A stretch of 54,555 nt of DNA, taken from a virus (taxonomy: Duplodnaviria > Caudoviricetes). The position numbers and the translations under genes were made by a program. This document shows positions 1 through 8,116 of this stretch, piece after piece. The notes under the pieces were generated by a model. The model saw nothing but the letters and a program-made list of their open reading frames with translations. It ran no database searches and was not told the DNA's origin. The stretch spans positions 1 to 54,555 of IMG/VR virus record IMGVR_UViG_3300037153_000401; one strand, written 5' to 3'. How positions within the stretch are numbered: the first letter of the stretch is position 1; each line of letters begins with the position of its first letter.

Positions 1-135
1 CGCTGCTGATGCGACCGCTGGCTTCGGGCGGCGCGACGCCCATGCTGCCGAAAAACGGGCGCAATGGGATTTCGATTCCGTCGCCGAAACGTCCCACCAT
101 CCTCTTTTCATCCAAGGGAATGATCTTTATCTTGT
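1..135 (-). pseudogene. Host acetamidase/formamidase family gene, C-terminal part, cut off from its N-terminal half (runs off left edge)
   Basis: Minus-strand translation KIIPLDEKRMVGRFGDGIEIPLRPFFGSMGVAPPEASGRISS matches my recollection of the mid-protein 'IPLRPFFGSMGVAPP' motif of this family; in-frame sequence upstream of ~135 (TYLFGSFGD...) is unrelated. Confidence 0.7.
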
Positions 136-167
136 CTCCGAAACTTCCAAAAAGGTAAGTTGAAGGA

Positions 168-195
168 TTGACAAGTATTAAAGCCGTGGTATCCT
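168..195 (+). promoter_or_regulatory. Sigma70-type promoter for left arm
   Basis: TTGACA (168-173), 16-bp spacer, extended -10 TG-n-TATCCT (187-195). Confidence 0.6.
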
Positions 196-263
196 GCCGA
201 AGCTTTCCAAAACTCTCGCCATTCCTACCATAAATCCCAACCAAATAGGAAGGAATTTATCCA

Positions 264-386
264 ATGCCGACCGATATGAATCTCGAACAGTCAGAAGAAG
301 AATCTGTACCGACATCCGATGCGACCGAGCCGACAACTAACGAAGACGAAGACGAACTGGAAGAGTCGGAAGATTTGGAGTGCTAA
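264..386 (+). CDS. 40-aa highly acidic peptide (not in ORF track)
   Basis: AGGAAGGA SD then MPTDMNLEQSEEESVPTSDATEPTTNEDEDELEESEDLEC; 17 D/E, no K/R. Confidence 0.6.
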   Translation: MPTDMNLEQSEEESVPTSDATEPTTNEDEDELEESEDLEC

Positions 387-394
387 CAAGTAAT

Positions 395-434
395 GCCCTG
401 CGCTCACACCGGGCGCGGGGCTTCGGTTTTTCTT
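395..434 (+). terminator. Hairpin plus T-rich tract (terminator or attenuator)
   Basis: GCCCTGCGCTC-ACACC-GGGCGCGGGGC (2 G:U pairs on +) followed by TTCGGTTTTTCTT and then ATG at 435. Confidence 0.5.
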
Positions 435-1271
435 ATGAACCAAAACACGGAACTTGAATTTCACGAGGCAGCGAACATTTTCCCGTTAGACGAAGATCAT
501 CTGGAGGATCTTGCTGCTGACATTCGCAAGAACGGACAACAGGTCACAATTGAACTGCTCGACGGTAAAATTCTCGACGGGCGACGGCGCTATCTTGCCT
601 GCAATAAGATCGGGATAGAACCAAAGTTCAGAGAGGTAAAAGTCTCAGATCCTATCGCATACGTCCTTTCGCTCAATTTGTATCGCCGACACCTCAACCC
701 ATCGCAATGGGCGATGGTTGGCGCACGGGCGCGGGACATCTACGACAGGCAGGCGAAGGAGCGGCAGAAGGGGGCGGCGAGTTCAACAAACGCAAAGATG
801 GGTCGCAGCCACAATCAGACGCTTATGGAAAATTTACCACAAGCGTCTGGTGCCGCCCGCGACCACGCAGCCAAAGCGGTCGGCGTCTCTGGTAAGAGCA
901 TCGACTTCGCAACGAAGGTAATCAAGGACGCAGTACCAGAAGTCGTGAAGGCTGTGGACGAAGGCCGCATGGCCGTGAGCACGGCGGCGGCCCTTGCCTC
1001 TGAGCCAGAGGACGTTCAACGACACCAGGCCCAGTTTATTCCGGACGGCCGTCCACGCATTCGCAAATATAAAGCGACCGCGAACGGCGCTGAAAAACCT
1101 GCCCCACAGCAACCGTCAGAAGAAGACGGAAATCATGAAATTAAGCCGCTAGGTGTGGGCGTTGACCGCGCTCACGACGCTATCAATTGCTTAAGAAAGA
1201 TCCCGCGAAACGACGGTCTACGAAAGCAAGGCTTTCAAATAGTAGCGGACTGGATTAAGCAAAACCTCTAA
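435..1271 (+). CDS. ParB N-terminal domain protein with HTH (phage type)
   Basis: FHEAANIFP, LAADIRKNGQ, ILDGRRRYLAC, NLYRRHL motifs; start moved to the ATG after the hairpin. Confidence 0.8.
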   Translation: MNQNTELEFHEAANIFPLDEDHLEDLAADIRKNGQQVTIELLDGKILDGRRRYLACNKIGIEPKFREVKVSDPIAYVLSLNLYRRHLNPSQWAMVGARARDIYDRQAKERQKGAASSTNAKMGRSHNQTLMENLPQASGAARDHAAKAVGVSGKSIDFATKVIKDAVPEVVKAVDEGRMAVSTAAALASEPEDVQRHQAQFIPDGRPRIRKYKATANGAEKPAPQQPSEEDGNHEIKPLGVGVDRAHDAINCLRKIPRNDGLRKQGFQIVADWIKQNL

Positions 1272-1285
1272 AGGAACGTTAGTTT

Positions 1286-2107
1286 ATGGCCAAAATCTTG
1301 AACACTAGGGACTACCGCTTATTCCATACAAGCAGCGGTGAGAACCGACCGCTCAACATTCAAAAGCACAGAAAACTTGAAGCATCGATGAAGAAGCATG
1401 GGTTCATAGAAGGCTTCCCCGTCATCGTAGGCCGAGATCCGAAAAATAACTTGATAGTGAAAGACGGACAACACCGTCTTGCGATCGCGGAAAAGCTCGG
1501 CCTTTCCGTCTATTACGTGGAGGTACAGACCATCTTTGACGTGGCGGAAATCAACACTACAACTGAGACATGGCGACCAATAGACTATGCTCAAATGTAT
1601 GCTGATAACGGCCTCAAACCCTATCAAAGAGGGCTGGAATTCGCTAAACAGCATAATCTCTCTATAGGCATGGCCTTTGCGCTATTGGCGGGCACCCTTG
1701 GTTACTCAAATATCCAAGACGCATTTAAAAGTGGGCACTTTCAGATAAAAGACCAGCTATTCGCTGACAGCGTAGCCCACATCTACGTCCCACTTGTCAC
1801 TATGTGCAAGGAAATAAGAAGCAGCCGCCTGCTGGAGGCATGCATGGCGGTATGTCGCGTCCCCGACTTCGACGCCAATCGACTAATACGCGGGGCATCG
1901 CACTGCCGCGAAAAGCTTATCGCTTATGCAACCAAGGACGCCTACCTGGATATGCTGGAAGATATATACAACTTTCGGCGCCATCAATTGGTTGGACTCA
2001 AAACTGCCGCGCTTATGGCAATGCGCGAACGTAACGTGTCCACAAAAACACGGCCGTCAACGGTCGAGCTAGCTAAATCTAAAACGGTGGTCAATGGGCT
2101 TCGTTGA
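1286..2107 (+). CDS. ParB/Srx-like N-terminal domain protein
   Basis: ENRPLN, PVIV, IVKDGQHRLAIA motifs. Confidence 0.75.
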   Translation: MAKILNTRDYRLFHTSSGENRPLNIQKHRKLEASMKKHGFIEGFPVIVGRDPKNNLIVKDGQHRLAIAEKLGLSVYYVEVQTIFDVAEINTTTETWRPIDYAQMYADNGLKPYQRGLEFAKQHNLSIGMAFALLAGTLGYSNIQDAFKSGHFQIKDQLFADSVAHIYVPLVTMCKEIRSSRLLEACMAVCRVPDFDANRLIRGASHCREKLIAYATKDAYLDMLEDIYNFRRHQLVGLKTAALMAMRERNVSTKTRPSTVELAKSKTVVNGLR

Positions 2108-2265
2108 CTCTTAACAACGGCGACAGCCCGCGCGACTTCCCACAAAGAATCTCGCGCGGGCCGTTTACCGCATTACCTCTTAACACGAGATGCGGCGGAC
2201 GTAAATTACAGCAGTAGTTGTGTTTTGTCACGCCCATCTCCCTTTTCACAGAAGGGAGCAATCGC

Positions 2266-3090
2266 ATGAATCCATGGCGCAAACTTCTACTCTTTACTTT
2301 TATTGTCATTCTGCCGGCCGTTGTCGTCGGCATGTCGAATTTCAAAGCGTTTCCGGAGTCGTCATTCTTAGCGACGGTGATGCTTCTGACCACAATGGGC
2401 GTCGCCGGCTTATTCACCTGGAAGTCCAATCACGCGACGCCGAAGATCGTCCGCTACTGCATCATCGCCGACATAATCATCTGCGCCCTTCTCTGCGTGA
2501 ACGTCGGCTGCCACTGGATATTCTCTCGCGAATTGAGCGGCGCCAAGCAGAGCACGGTCGAGCGCCACACGGAAGAGGATCGGGAAGAGAAGCGCAAGGC
2601 CGCCGAAGCCGACCGCCAGCTCGCGCTCAAGAAAGCGGACGCGGATCTCGCCGCGAAGAACGCCCAGGTGATCGCGGCCGAGGAGCGCAGGCTCGCGCGG
2701 CTGCCGCGCTGGATGCGGCAATCGCAAACGCCGATCGCGGCGCCGGCCGCCCCGGCGCCTACGCCTTCCACGCTGGCATTGAGCGCGGATTCCGCGCCCG
2801 AGTCTCAGGCGGCCGCGAAACCGAAAGCCACCGAGGAGCAGGTGAGGGAAAACTGGTGGTGGACACTGATCGCGCTAGCGTTCGCCGAATGCTTCGCCTC
2901 AATTCTCGCGGGCGGCATATTGATGGGCGTATGGGAATGGGACCGCAACCATGATGGGATTCCCGATCACCTGCAGCAGGGAAGGGGGGCGCACCTCGTG
3001 CCTGGAGCGCAGCCGGTCGCCGGCTTTGCTCGGGGGTCACGCGACGAGCGAGGAGAATCAGACCCAAAAGCCAGGTCGGATCAGGGGTAG
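2266..3090 (+). CDS. Multi-pass membrane protein with coiled coil
   Basis: Three N-terminal hydrophobic segments, a charged coiled coil, a C-terminal TM and DRNHDGIPD; SD AAGGGAG before ATG 2266. Confidence 0.7.
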   Translation: MNPWRKLLLFTFIVILPAVVVGMSNFKAFPESSFLATVMLLTTMGVAGLFTWKSNHATPKIVRYCIIADIIICALLCVNVGCHWIFSRELSGAKQSTVERHTEEDREEKRKAAEADRQLALKKADADLAAKNAQVIAAEERRLARLPRWMRQSQTPIAAPAAPAPTPSTLALSADSAPESQAAAKPKATEEQVRENWWWTLIALAFAECFASILAGGILMGVWEWDRNHDGIPDHLQQGRGAHLVPGAQPVAGFARGSRDERGESDPKARSDQG

Positions 3091-3131
3091 GGGCCGCACC
3101 GGATTCGACGGTTCGATGGGCGGCGAAAGAG

Positions 3132-3887
3132 GTGAATGATGAAACGACAATTCAAACGATTCACGACGATACGGATGGCGCCGAAACGAATATGGCAAGT
3201 GATTCTGGGGCTGATCTTCCTGATAGGGTTTTACCTGTTCCTTCCGGCCCCGGAGACAGCGATCGCGCGCCAGTGGTTAGAGACATTTTTAGGGAAGTGG
3301 AGGTAAATACCCCAAAAGCTGATGGGACAAACGCCACGGAAAAGTTGGGGAAACACCCCAAACACCCCAAGATCGATCTTGGGGAAACACCCCAAACACC
3401 CCAAGATCGATCTTGGGGAAACACCCCAAACACCCCAATAGCAACTCTTGCAAATACAGAGTTTGCCCAGTCAACCGGTTGGAGCAAGCTATGGAGGATG
3501 GAGCGAAATGGAGCCTACTACAGATTCAAATTACGATTCACAGAGTCCAACGATACACCCCAAGAATTCCGCAAAGTCACGCGGCAAGGCGGCAAAATTA
3601 CCCCAAAAATCGAGCGAGCGCTCGCCGGGCGACCAGGGTCGGGACGACACGCGGCCAGCAGATTGGAAGCCAGCCGGTTCCGAAGTCGGTCTCTCAATCT
3701 TGCAAGCCGGATTCGATCAAGCCCTGGACGAGGGGTTGAGGGCGAAGCTAGTGGAAGCGCCGGCGACCGGGACGCTTCCATATCGGATCTTGATCGAGGT
3801 CTGGTACGCGAGGATATGCCAGGAATGCCAAGCGTGGACGGAAGAGACGACCTGCCCGGCGTGCGGGAATCAGATTGGGTAATGTGA
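3132..3887 (+). CDS. Hypothetical protein carrying an internal DNA tandem repeat
   Basis: 251-aa ORF with SD GAAAGAGG; repeat at 3345-3438. Confidence 0.55.
   Translation: MNDETTIQTIHDDTDGAETNMASDSGADLPDRVLPVPSGPGDSDRAPVVRDIFREVEVNTPKADGTNATEKLGKHPKHPKIDLGETPQTPQDRSWGNTPNTPIATLANTEFAQSTGWSKLWRMERNGAYYRFKLRFTESNDTPQEFRKVTRQGGKITPKIERALAGRPGSGRHAASRLEASRFRSRSLNLASRIRSSPGRGVEGEASGSAGDRDASISDLDRGLVREDMPGMPSVDGRDDLPGVRESDWVM
3345..3438. repeat. 34-bp tandem repeat (2 full + 1 partial copy), iteron-like
   Basis: TTGGGGAAACACCCCAAACACCCCAAGATCGATC at 3345, 3379 and partially at 3413; unit junctions form the perfect palindrome CCCCAAGATCGATCTTGGGG. Confidence 0.95.
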
Positions 3888-4417
3888 TGAACAAAAGATT
3901 GATTTACATCCTTATCCCGATCGTGGCTCTCGTCAGTCTCGGCGCTTATACGCCAGAGCCCTCTCACGCGCCCATCAGGATTTACGCGACCGGCGGCGAT
4001 ATCACTCCAATAGTGGACAGACTCCGTCTAAAGCTGATCCATGACGGCGTGCTGTTCGCAATCGCTGATAAGCCGGAAGAGGCGGATGTGACGATAAACC
4101 TTATGGAAGGGCCCGGAATTCCAGTATCCGGCGGCCACGTCGTCGGCTATTCGCACGCGATCACCGGGACAATTGACTATGCGTACCGCCAGGACGAGGA
4201 CGGCAATATCCTGCTTCACGAGATATTGCACTGCGCGGGAGCCGGCCACGAATCTGATCCGAAATCAGTAATGTATTGGGAAACCGAGCAGGGACAGGAA
4301 TTGCGACCCTGGCATATAGAAGAACTGCGCGGGTTGGCGGGCATAACACCGATTGGCCGCGCTCGGGCGCAGATTCGGATGACGTTTTTGAATCTGAAAA
4401 CTTTGATTGTCGGCTAA
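3887..4417 (+). CDS. Matrixin/metzincin-type zinc metalloprotease, secreted or membrane-anchored
   Basis: HEILHCAGAGH (HExxHxxGxxH), Met-turn SVMY, N-terminal hydrophobic signal. Confidence 0.8.
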   Translation: MNKRLIYILIPIVALVSLGAYTPEPSHAPIRIYATGGDITPIVDRLRLKLIHDGVLFAIADKPEEADVTINLMEGPGIPVSGGHVVGYSHAITGTIDYAYRQDEDGNILLHEILHCAGAGHESDPKSVMYWETEQGQELRPWHIEELRGLAGITPIGRARAQIRMTFLNLKTLIVG

Positions 4418-4922
4418 ACGGGGAAAGAGAGGGAATGGCGCATTGCAATACGCAAAAGACACATCGGTCAGCAGCGAACAATCACAAGCGGAGATCCGAA
4501 AGACGCTCACCAGGTACGGCGCTACGAAGTTCGCCTACCTGGAGGAAGAGGAGCGCGCGGCGATCATGTTCGAGATCGCGAACCGCCGCATTCGCTTCGT
4601 CCTTCCGCTTCCAAATCGCAAGGATCCCAGGTTCTGGAAGACGCCGGGCCGGAAGATACAGCGGACGTCCGATGCGGCTTTCAAGGAGTGGGAGCAGTCC
4701 TGCCGGCAGCGCTGGCGCGCGCTCGCGCTGGCGATCAAGGCGAAGCTCGAGGCGGTCGAGAGTGGAATCGCGACGTTTGAAGAAGAGTTTTTAAGTTACA
4801 TCATTATGCCCGACGGGCAGACCGTCGGCGAGCACGTCTTGCCGAATATCGAGAAGGCGTATCTGACAAACCAGATGCCGCCGCTGTTGCCGGCGATCGG
4901 CGGGACAGGAGGAGGGAAATGA
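4407..4922 (+). CDS. Conserved phage hypothetical protein (true start probably near 4443)
   Basis: YAKDTSV...AEIRKTLTRYGA...RQRWRALALAIKAKLEAVESGI pattern common in phages. Confidence 0.75.
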   Translation: MSAKRGKRGNGALQYAKDTSVSSEQSQAEIRKTLTRYGATKFAYLEEEERAAIMFEIANRRIRFVLPLPNRKDPRFWKTPGRKIQRTSDAAFKEWEQSCRQRWRALALAIKAKLEAVESGIATFEEEFLSYIIMPDGQTVGEHVLPNIEKAYLTNQMPPLLPAIGGTGGGK

Positions 4923-5119
4923 TGACGCCGAAAGAGCTGGCTCAACAAATCGCCGCGCTCTTATTCACGACCGGCAACGGACAGAAAGCGAAACGCCTCG
5001 TCCTGATTGACGAAGACGGACGCGATCTGGGCGGCTGGGGCGAGCGGCCGGTGGCGGATTTGATTGAGGACGTGCTGACCGGACGGAGAAAGCCGGCCAA
5101 GAAAGGGAAGAGGAAATGA
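4919..5119 (+). CDS. Hypothetical protein
   Basis: ATGA overlap, SD GGAGG. Confidence 0.65.
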   Translation: MMTPKELAQQIAALLFTTGNGQKAKRLVLIDEDGRDLGGWGERPVADLIEDVLTGRRKPAKKGKRK

Positions 5120-5652
5120 AACTACACGCCGATCATAGAACGGTCTTCGAACTTCAGTACGGCATGCTAGGCCGCCAGGTCGCGTGCTTCGAGCGCGCCG
5201 AAGACGCCGAGGCTTACGCGCGCCTGGCCAACGAGGCGAGAGGAGAAGCCGCTCCGCAAAATTTGCAAATCATGGCCGACTTGAAAGACGCCCAGGCGAA
5301 GACCGAAGAGTTAAGGGCAAAGTTGAAGGAAGGACGGCAAACGCTCGATGAGGCCGTATCCGAGCGTAACCGGGCTTTGGAGATGTCGATCGGATACGAA
5401 GCCCAGCGCAACCAGGCGAACCGCCGCGCCGAGCAGGCCGAAGCCGCGCTCGCTGACAGAATAGAGCATTGCGAGAAACATCACTCCGGCTCGGCGATCG
5501 TCAAGACGCTCACTAACCAACATGGCCAAGCGTTCGCCATCTACTTGTCGGACGGCCAGAAAATCGGCATCCAGCGCGACGGCGCCGCGGCCTGGCTCCG
5601 GATTGAGCCGACGCCGATCGTGCGGGAGGCGGGCGAAGGAGGAAAAGAGTGA
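5116..5652 (+). CDS. Hypothetical coiled-coil protein
   Basis: ATGA overlap, SD GAGG. Confidence 0.65.
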   Translation: MKLHADHRTVFELQYGMLGRQVACFERAEDAEAYARLANEARGEAAPQNLQIMADLKDAQAKTEELRAKLKEGRQTLDEAVSERNRALEMSIGYEAQRNQANRRAEQAEAALADRIEHCEKHHSGSAIVKTLTNQHGQAFAIYLSDGQKIGIQRDGAAAWLRIEPTPIVREAGEGGKE

Positions 5653-5918
5653 GATTCCAGGACCTGGTATTCCGCGAGCATGAACACGTCTCGCCGCCGG
5701 CGCTCGTCTGCAACTACTGCGGGAAGGCTGGCGTCATCCTGAGCGCGGAGATCCCGCTGCCCAACGGCGACTCGGCTCTGGTTACGCTGTGCTCGCGCGA
5801 CTGCGAGAGCGCTTTCAAGCGAGAAGAGAAGGCGGGCGAGTGGCTCGCCGACTTCCTGGCCAAGGCGGAGAACTTTCGCGGCGCCGACGTGGAATGGCCG
5901 GAGGAGATCGATGCGTAG
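5649..5918 (+). CDS. Small Cys-motif hypothetical protein
   Basis: CNYC...CSRDC; GTGA overlap. Confidence 0.6.
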   Translation: MRFQDLVFREHEHVSPPALVCNYCGKAGVILSAEIPLPNGDSALVTLCSRDCESAFKREEKAGEWLADFLAKAENFRGADVEWPEEIDA

Positions 5919-6399
5919 ATCGACAGCCGGCAATCAGCGTCTCGAACGCCAGCGCCTGAGCTTCGCCACGTGCAGGAAGTGCAAGAAGACCTTCGCAGTG
6001 CTGGGGATTGAAGGCCAGGACGTCGGCCACATTCTTTACGAGAACGGCTTCCGATTGCCGAGCGCGATGGATATTTTTCTAGCTAGATTTCGCTGGTATC
6101 GCCGCTGGCGCGGCGGCAAATGGGCGCGCACGACGGGCCTGTTCTGGGGCCGGAATTGGATTCGCATCCATCCGGCCGACGAATGCTTCGAGCGCGTCGA
6201 GGAGGAGTGGCCGCCATGGGAATGGCCGCGTGGGCGCTACAACGGCCGGCCGATCGTCGGCGTCGAATTCGAGATCATCATCGACCTGTCGTGCTGGCGC
6301 TGGAAACCGGCCTACGTCAAATACAGTGGAGGCCTGCATTGGCTGTGCTTTCGAACTTTCACGCACTGGCATTACAGATGGAGGAGAAATAGTGATTAA
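5911..6399 (+). CDS. Trp-rich hypothetical protein
   Basis: Overlaps neighbours at both ends; SD GAGGAG. Confidence 0.55.
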   Translation: MRRSTAGNQRLERQRLSFATCRKCKKTFAVLGIEGQDVGHILYENGFRLPSAMDIFLARFRWYRRWRGGKWARTTGLFWGRNWIRIHPADECFERVEEEWPPWEWPRGRYNGRPIVGVEFEIIIDLSCWRWKPAYVKYSGGLHWLCFRTFTHWHYRWRRNSD

Positions 6400-7090
6400 A
6401 GCGAGCGTTACAAACCCGAACAACCCGATATTCATCCTCGGCCTGTCCGAGGTCAACGTCCAGCGCCTGAAGGCCGGCCAGCCGATCCTGACGTCGCTCA
6501 AGTCCTTCGGCGTCGAGCAGGCCGGCCAGGTCGTCATCCTGTACGGCCAGACCGAGCAGGCCATCGCTGACGACATGGTGAGAAACGGCATGATCGGCAA
6601 CGAGACCGTCTTCGTCGGCGACCCGAAGATGGACGCCATCGACGCGATCCCGAGGAAGACCGACAAGCTGCTGATCGCGACCGTCGGGCTGCCACGGTCA
6701 GGGAAGAGCACCTGGAGCCAGAGCCAGGCGTACCCGATCGTCAACCCGGACAGCATTCGCCTCGCGATCCACGGCCAGCGTTTTATCGGCGAGGCCGAGC
6801 CGTTCGTTTGGGCGACGGCGAAGGCAATGGTTTCCGCGCTCTTCCTGGCCGGCCATTCGGTGGTCGTCCTCGACGCCTGCAATAACACGCGCCGCCGGCG
6901 GGACGAGTGGAAGTCGGACAAGTGGGACACCGTGTTTAAAGTGATCAACGAGACGAAGGAAACGTGCCTGGAGCGCGCCAAAGAAGCGCTTGCGGTCGGC
7001 CAGGATTGGGACATGGAGTTGTTAGGCGTGATTGATCGGATGGCGGCCGAGCACGAGCCGCTCGGGGAGGATGAGATCGTATGGCCGTGA
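6392..7090 (+). CDS. P-loop kinase (AAA_33/polynucleotide-kinase-like) with extra N-terminal domain
   Basis: Walker A GLPRSGKST, PDSIR, VVLDACN; start reassigned to GTG 6392 after SD GGAGGAG. Confidence 0.8.
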   Translation: MIKASVTNPNNPIFILGLSEVNVQRLKAGQPILTSLKSFGVEQAGQVVILYGQTEQAIADDMVRNGMIGNETVFVGDPKMDAIDAIPRKTDKLLIATVGLPRSGKSTWSQSQAYPIVNPDSIRLAIHGQRFIGEAEPFVWATAKAMVSALFLAGHSVVVLDACNNTRRRRDEWKSDKWDTVFKVINETKETCLERAKEALAVGQDWDMELLGVIDRMAAEHEPLGEDEIVWP

Positions 7091-7302
7091 AGAAAGCGGA
7101 AGGCAAACTAGAGCAGAGGATCAGAGAGCAGAAAGAACATCACGAGATCAATTACGATCCGCCGGATGATGACGAGTTCGACGGCTACACCGACGAGGAC
7201 GCGATCGACGATCTGCTTGACGAATGTGGGATGACGGCCGGCGGCGGCTGCTCGCTGGCTGGAAGCGAATATTGCGAGTTTGAATGCCCGTTCCGGGATT
7301 AA
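7081..7302 (+). CDS. Small acidic Cys-rich hypothetical protein
   Basis: CGM...CSLAGSEYCEFECP. Confidence 0.65.
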   Translation: MAVKKAEGKLEQRIREQKEHHEINYDPPDDDEFDGYTDEDAIDDLLDECGMTAGGGCSLAGSEYCEFECPFRD

Positions 7303-7314
7303 GGGGTAAGAGGA

Positions 7315-7548
7315 ATGACAGGACGACAGGAAATCGCGGAACATAATCCCGGAGGGGATATTTTAGTCCCGCCCAGTAAGTGGAACGCTAGCGCTGACGA
7401 GATCTATCAGGACGCCCTGTTTCAGATCCTGAATCCTCTCGTTCAAATCCCCGCTGAGTATTGCAAGCACTATCGCAAGCGCGTGATGTCGTTCCCGAGC
7501 GGCGCGGAATCTATCATGTGCATTCAGTGCGGAGTCAATATCAAATGA
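7315..7548 (+). CDS. Hypothetical protein
   Basis: SD GAGG; CKH...CIQC. Confidence 0.5.
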   Translation: MTGRQEIAEHNPGGDILVPPSKWNASADEIYQDALFQILNPLVQIPAEYCKHYRKRVMSFPSGAESIMCIQCGVNIK

Positions 7549-7648
7549 AACTCAAAGCCGCATTCAGGCTATTCGATAAATGGCTTACCCGCGGGGTCCG
7601 GCTGTCTGCCGCGATGGTTTGCCACGACGGTAAAAGGAGAATTGAGCG

Positions 7649-8098
7649 ATGCAGGAAATAAAAGCGCCTGAAGCGCTGCCGAGGCGCATCTTTCTTGCCG
7701 GCAGCATCGAGATGGGGAAGGCCGAGAACTGGCAGGAGAGGGTTGTGCGCGACCTGTCGGACGTGCCGAATCTAACGATACTGAATCCGCGGCGCGACGA
7801 CTGGGACGCTTCATGGATTCAATCGATCGCCAACGCCCAATTCAGAGGGCAAGTCGAATGGGAGATCGTCGCGCAGGAGATGGCCGACAAGATTTTCATG
7901 TACTTCGCTCCGGACACCAAATCGCCGATCACGCTCCTGGAGCTAGGACTGTTCGCGCGGTCAGGCAAGTTGATCGTCTGCTGCCCCGATGGATTCTGGC
8001 GTAAAGGCAACGTCGAGGTCGTCTGTCATCATTTTGGCGTAAGGTATTTCGATGCGCTGGAAGCTGGGATTGCGCACTTAAGACGGTTCTTGCCGTAG
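7649..8098 (+). CDS. Nucleoside 2-deoxyribosyltransferase-like protein
   Basis: IFLAGSIEMG, ILNPRRDDWD, QVEWE, SPITLLELGL motifs. Confidence 0.85.
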   Translation: MQEIKAPEALPRRIFLAGSIEMGKAENWQERVVRDLSDVPNLTILNPRRDDWDASWIQSIANAQFRGQVEWEIVAQEMADKIFMYFAPDTKSPITLLELGLFARSGKLIVCCPDGFWRKGNVEVVCHHFGVRYFDALEAGIAHLRRFLP

Positions 8099-8116
8099 CG
8101 ATATAACGGGAATTAT

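Noticed and set aside
3345-3438. Mini CRISPR array
   Set aside because: The units are contiguous with no unique spacers
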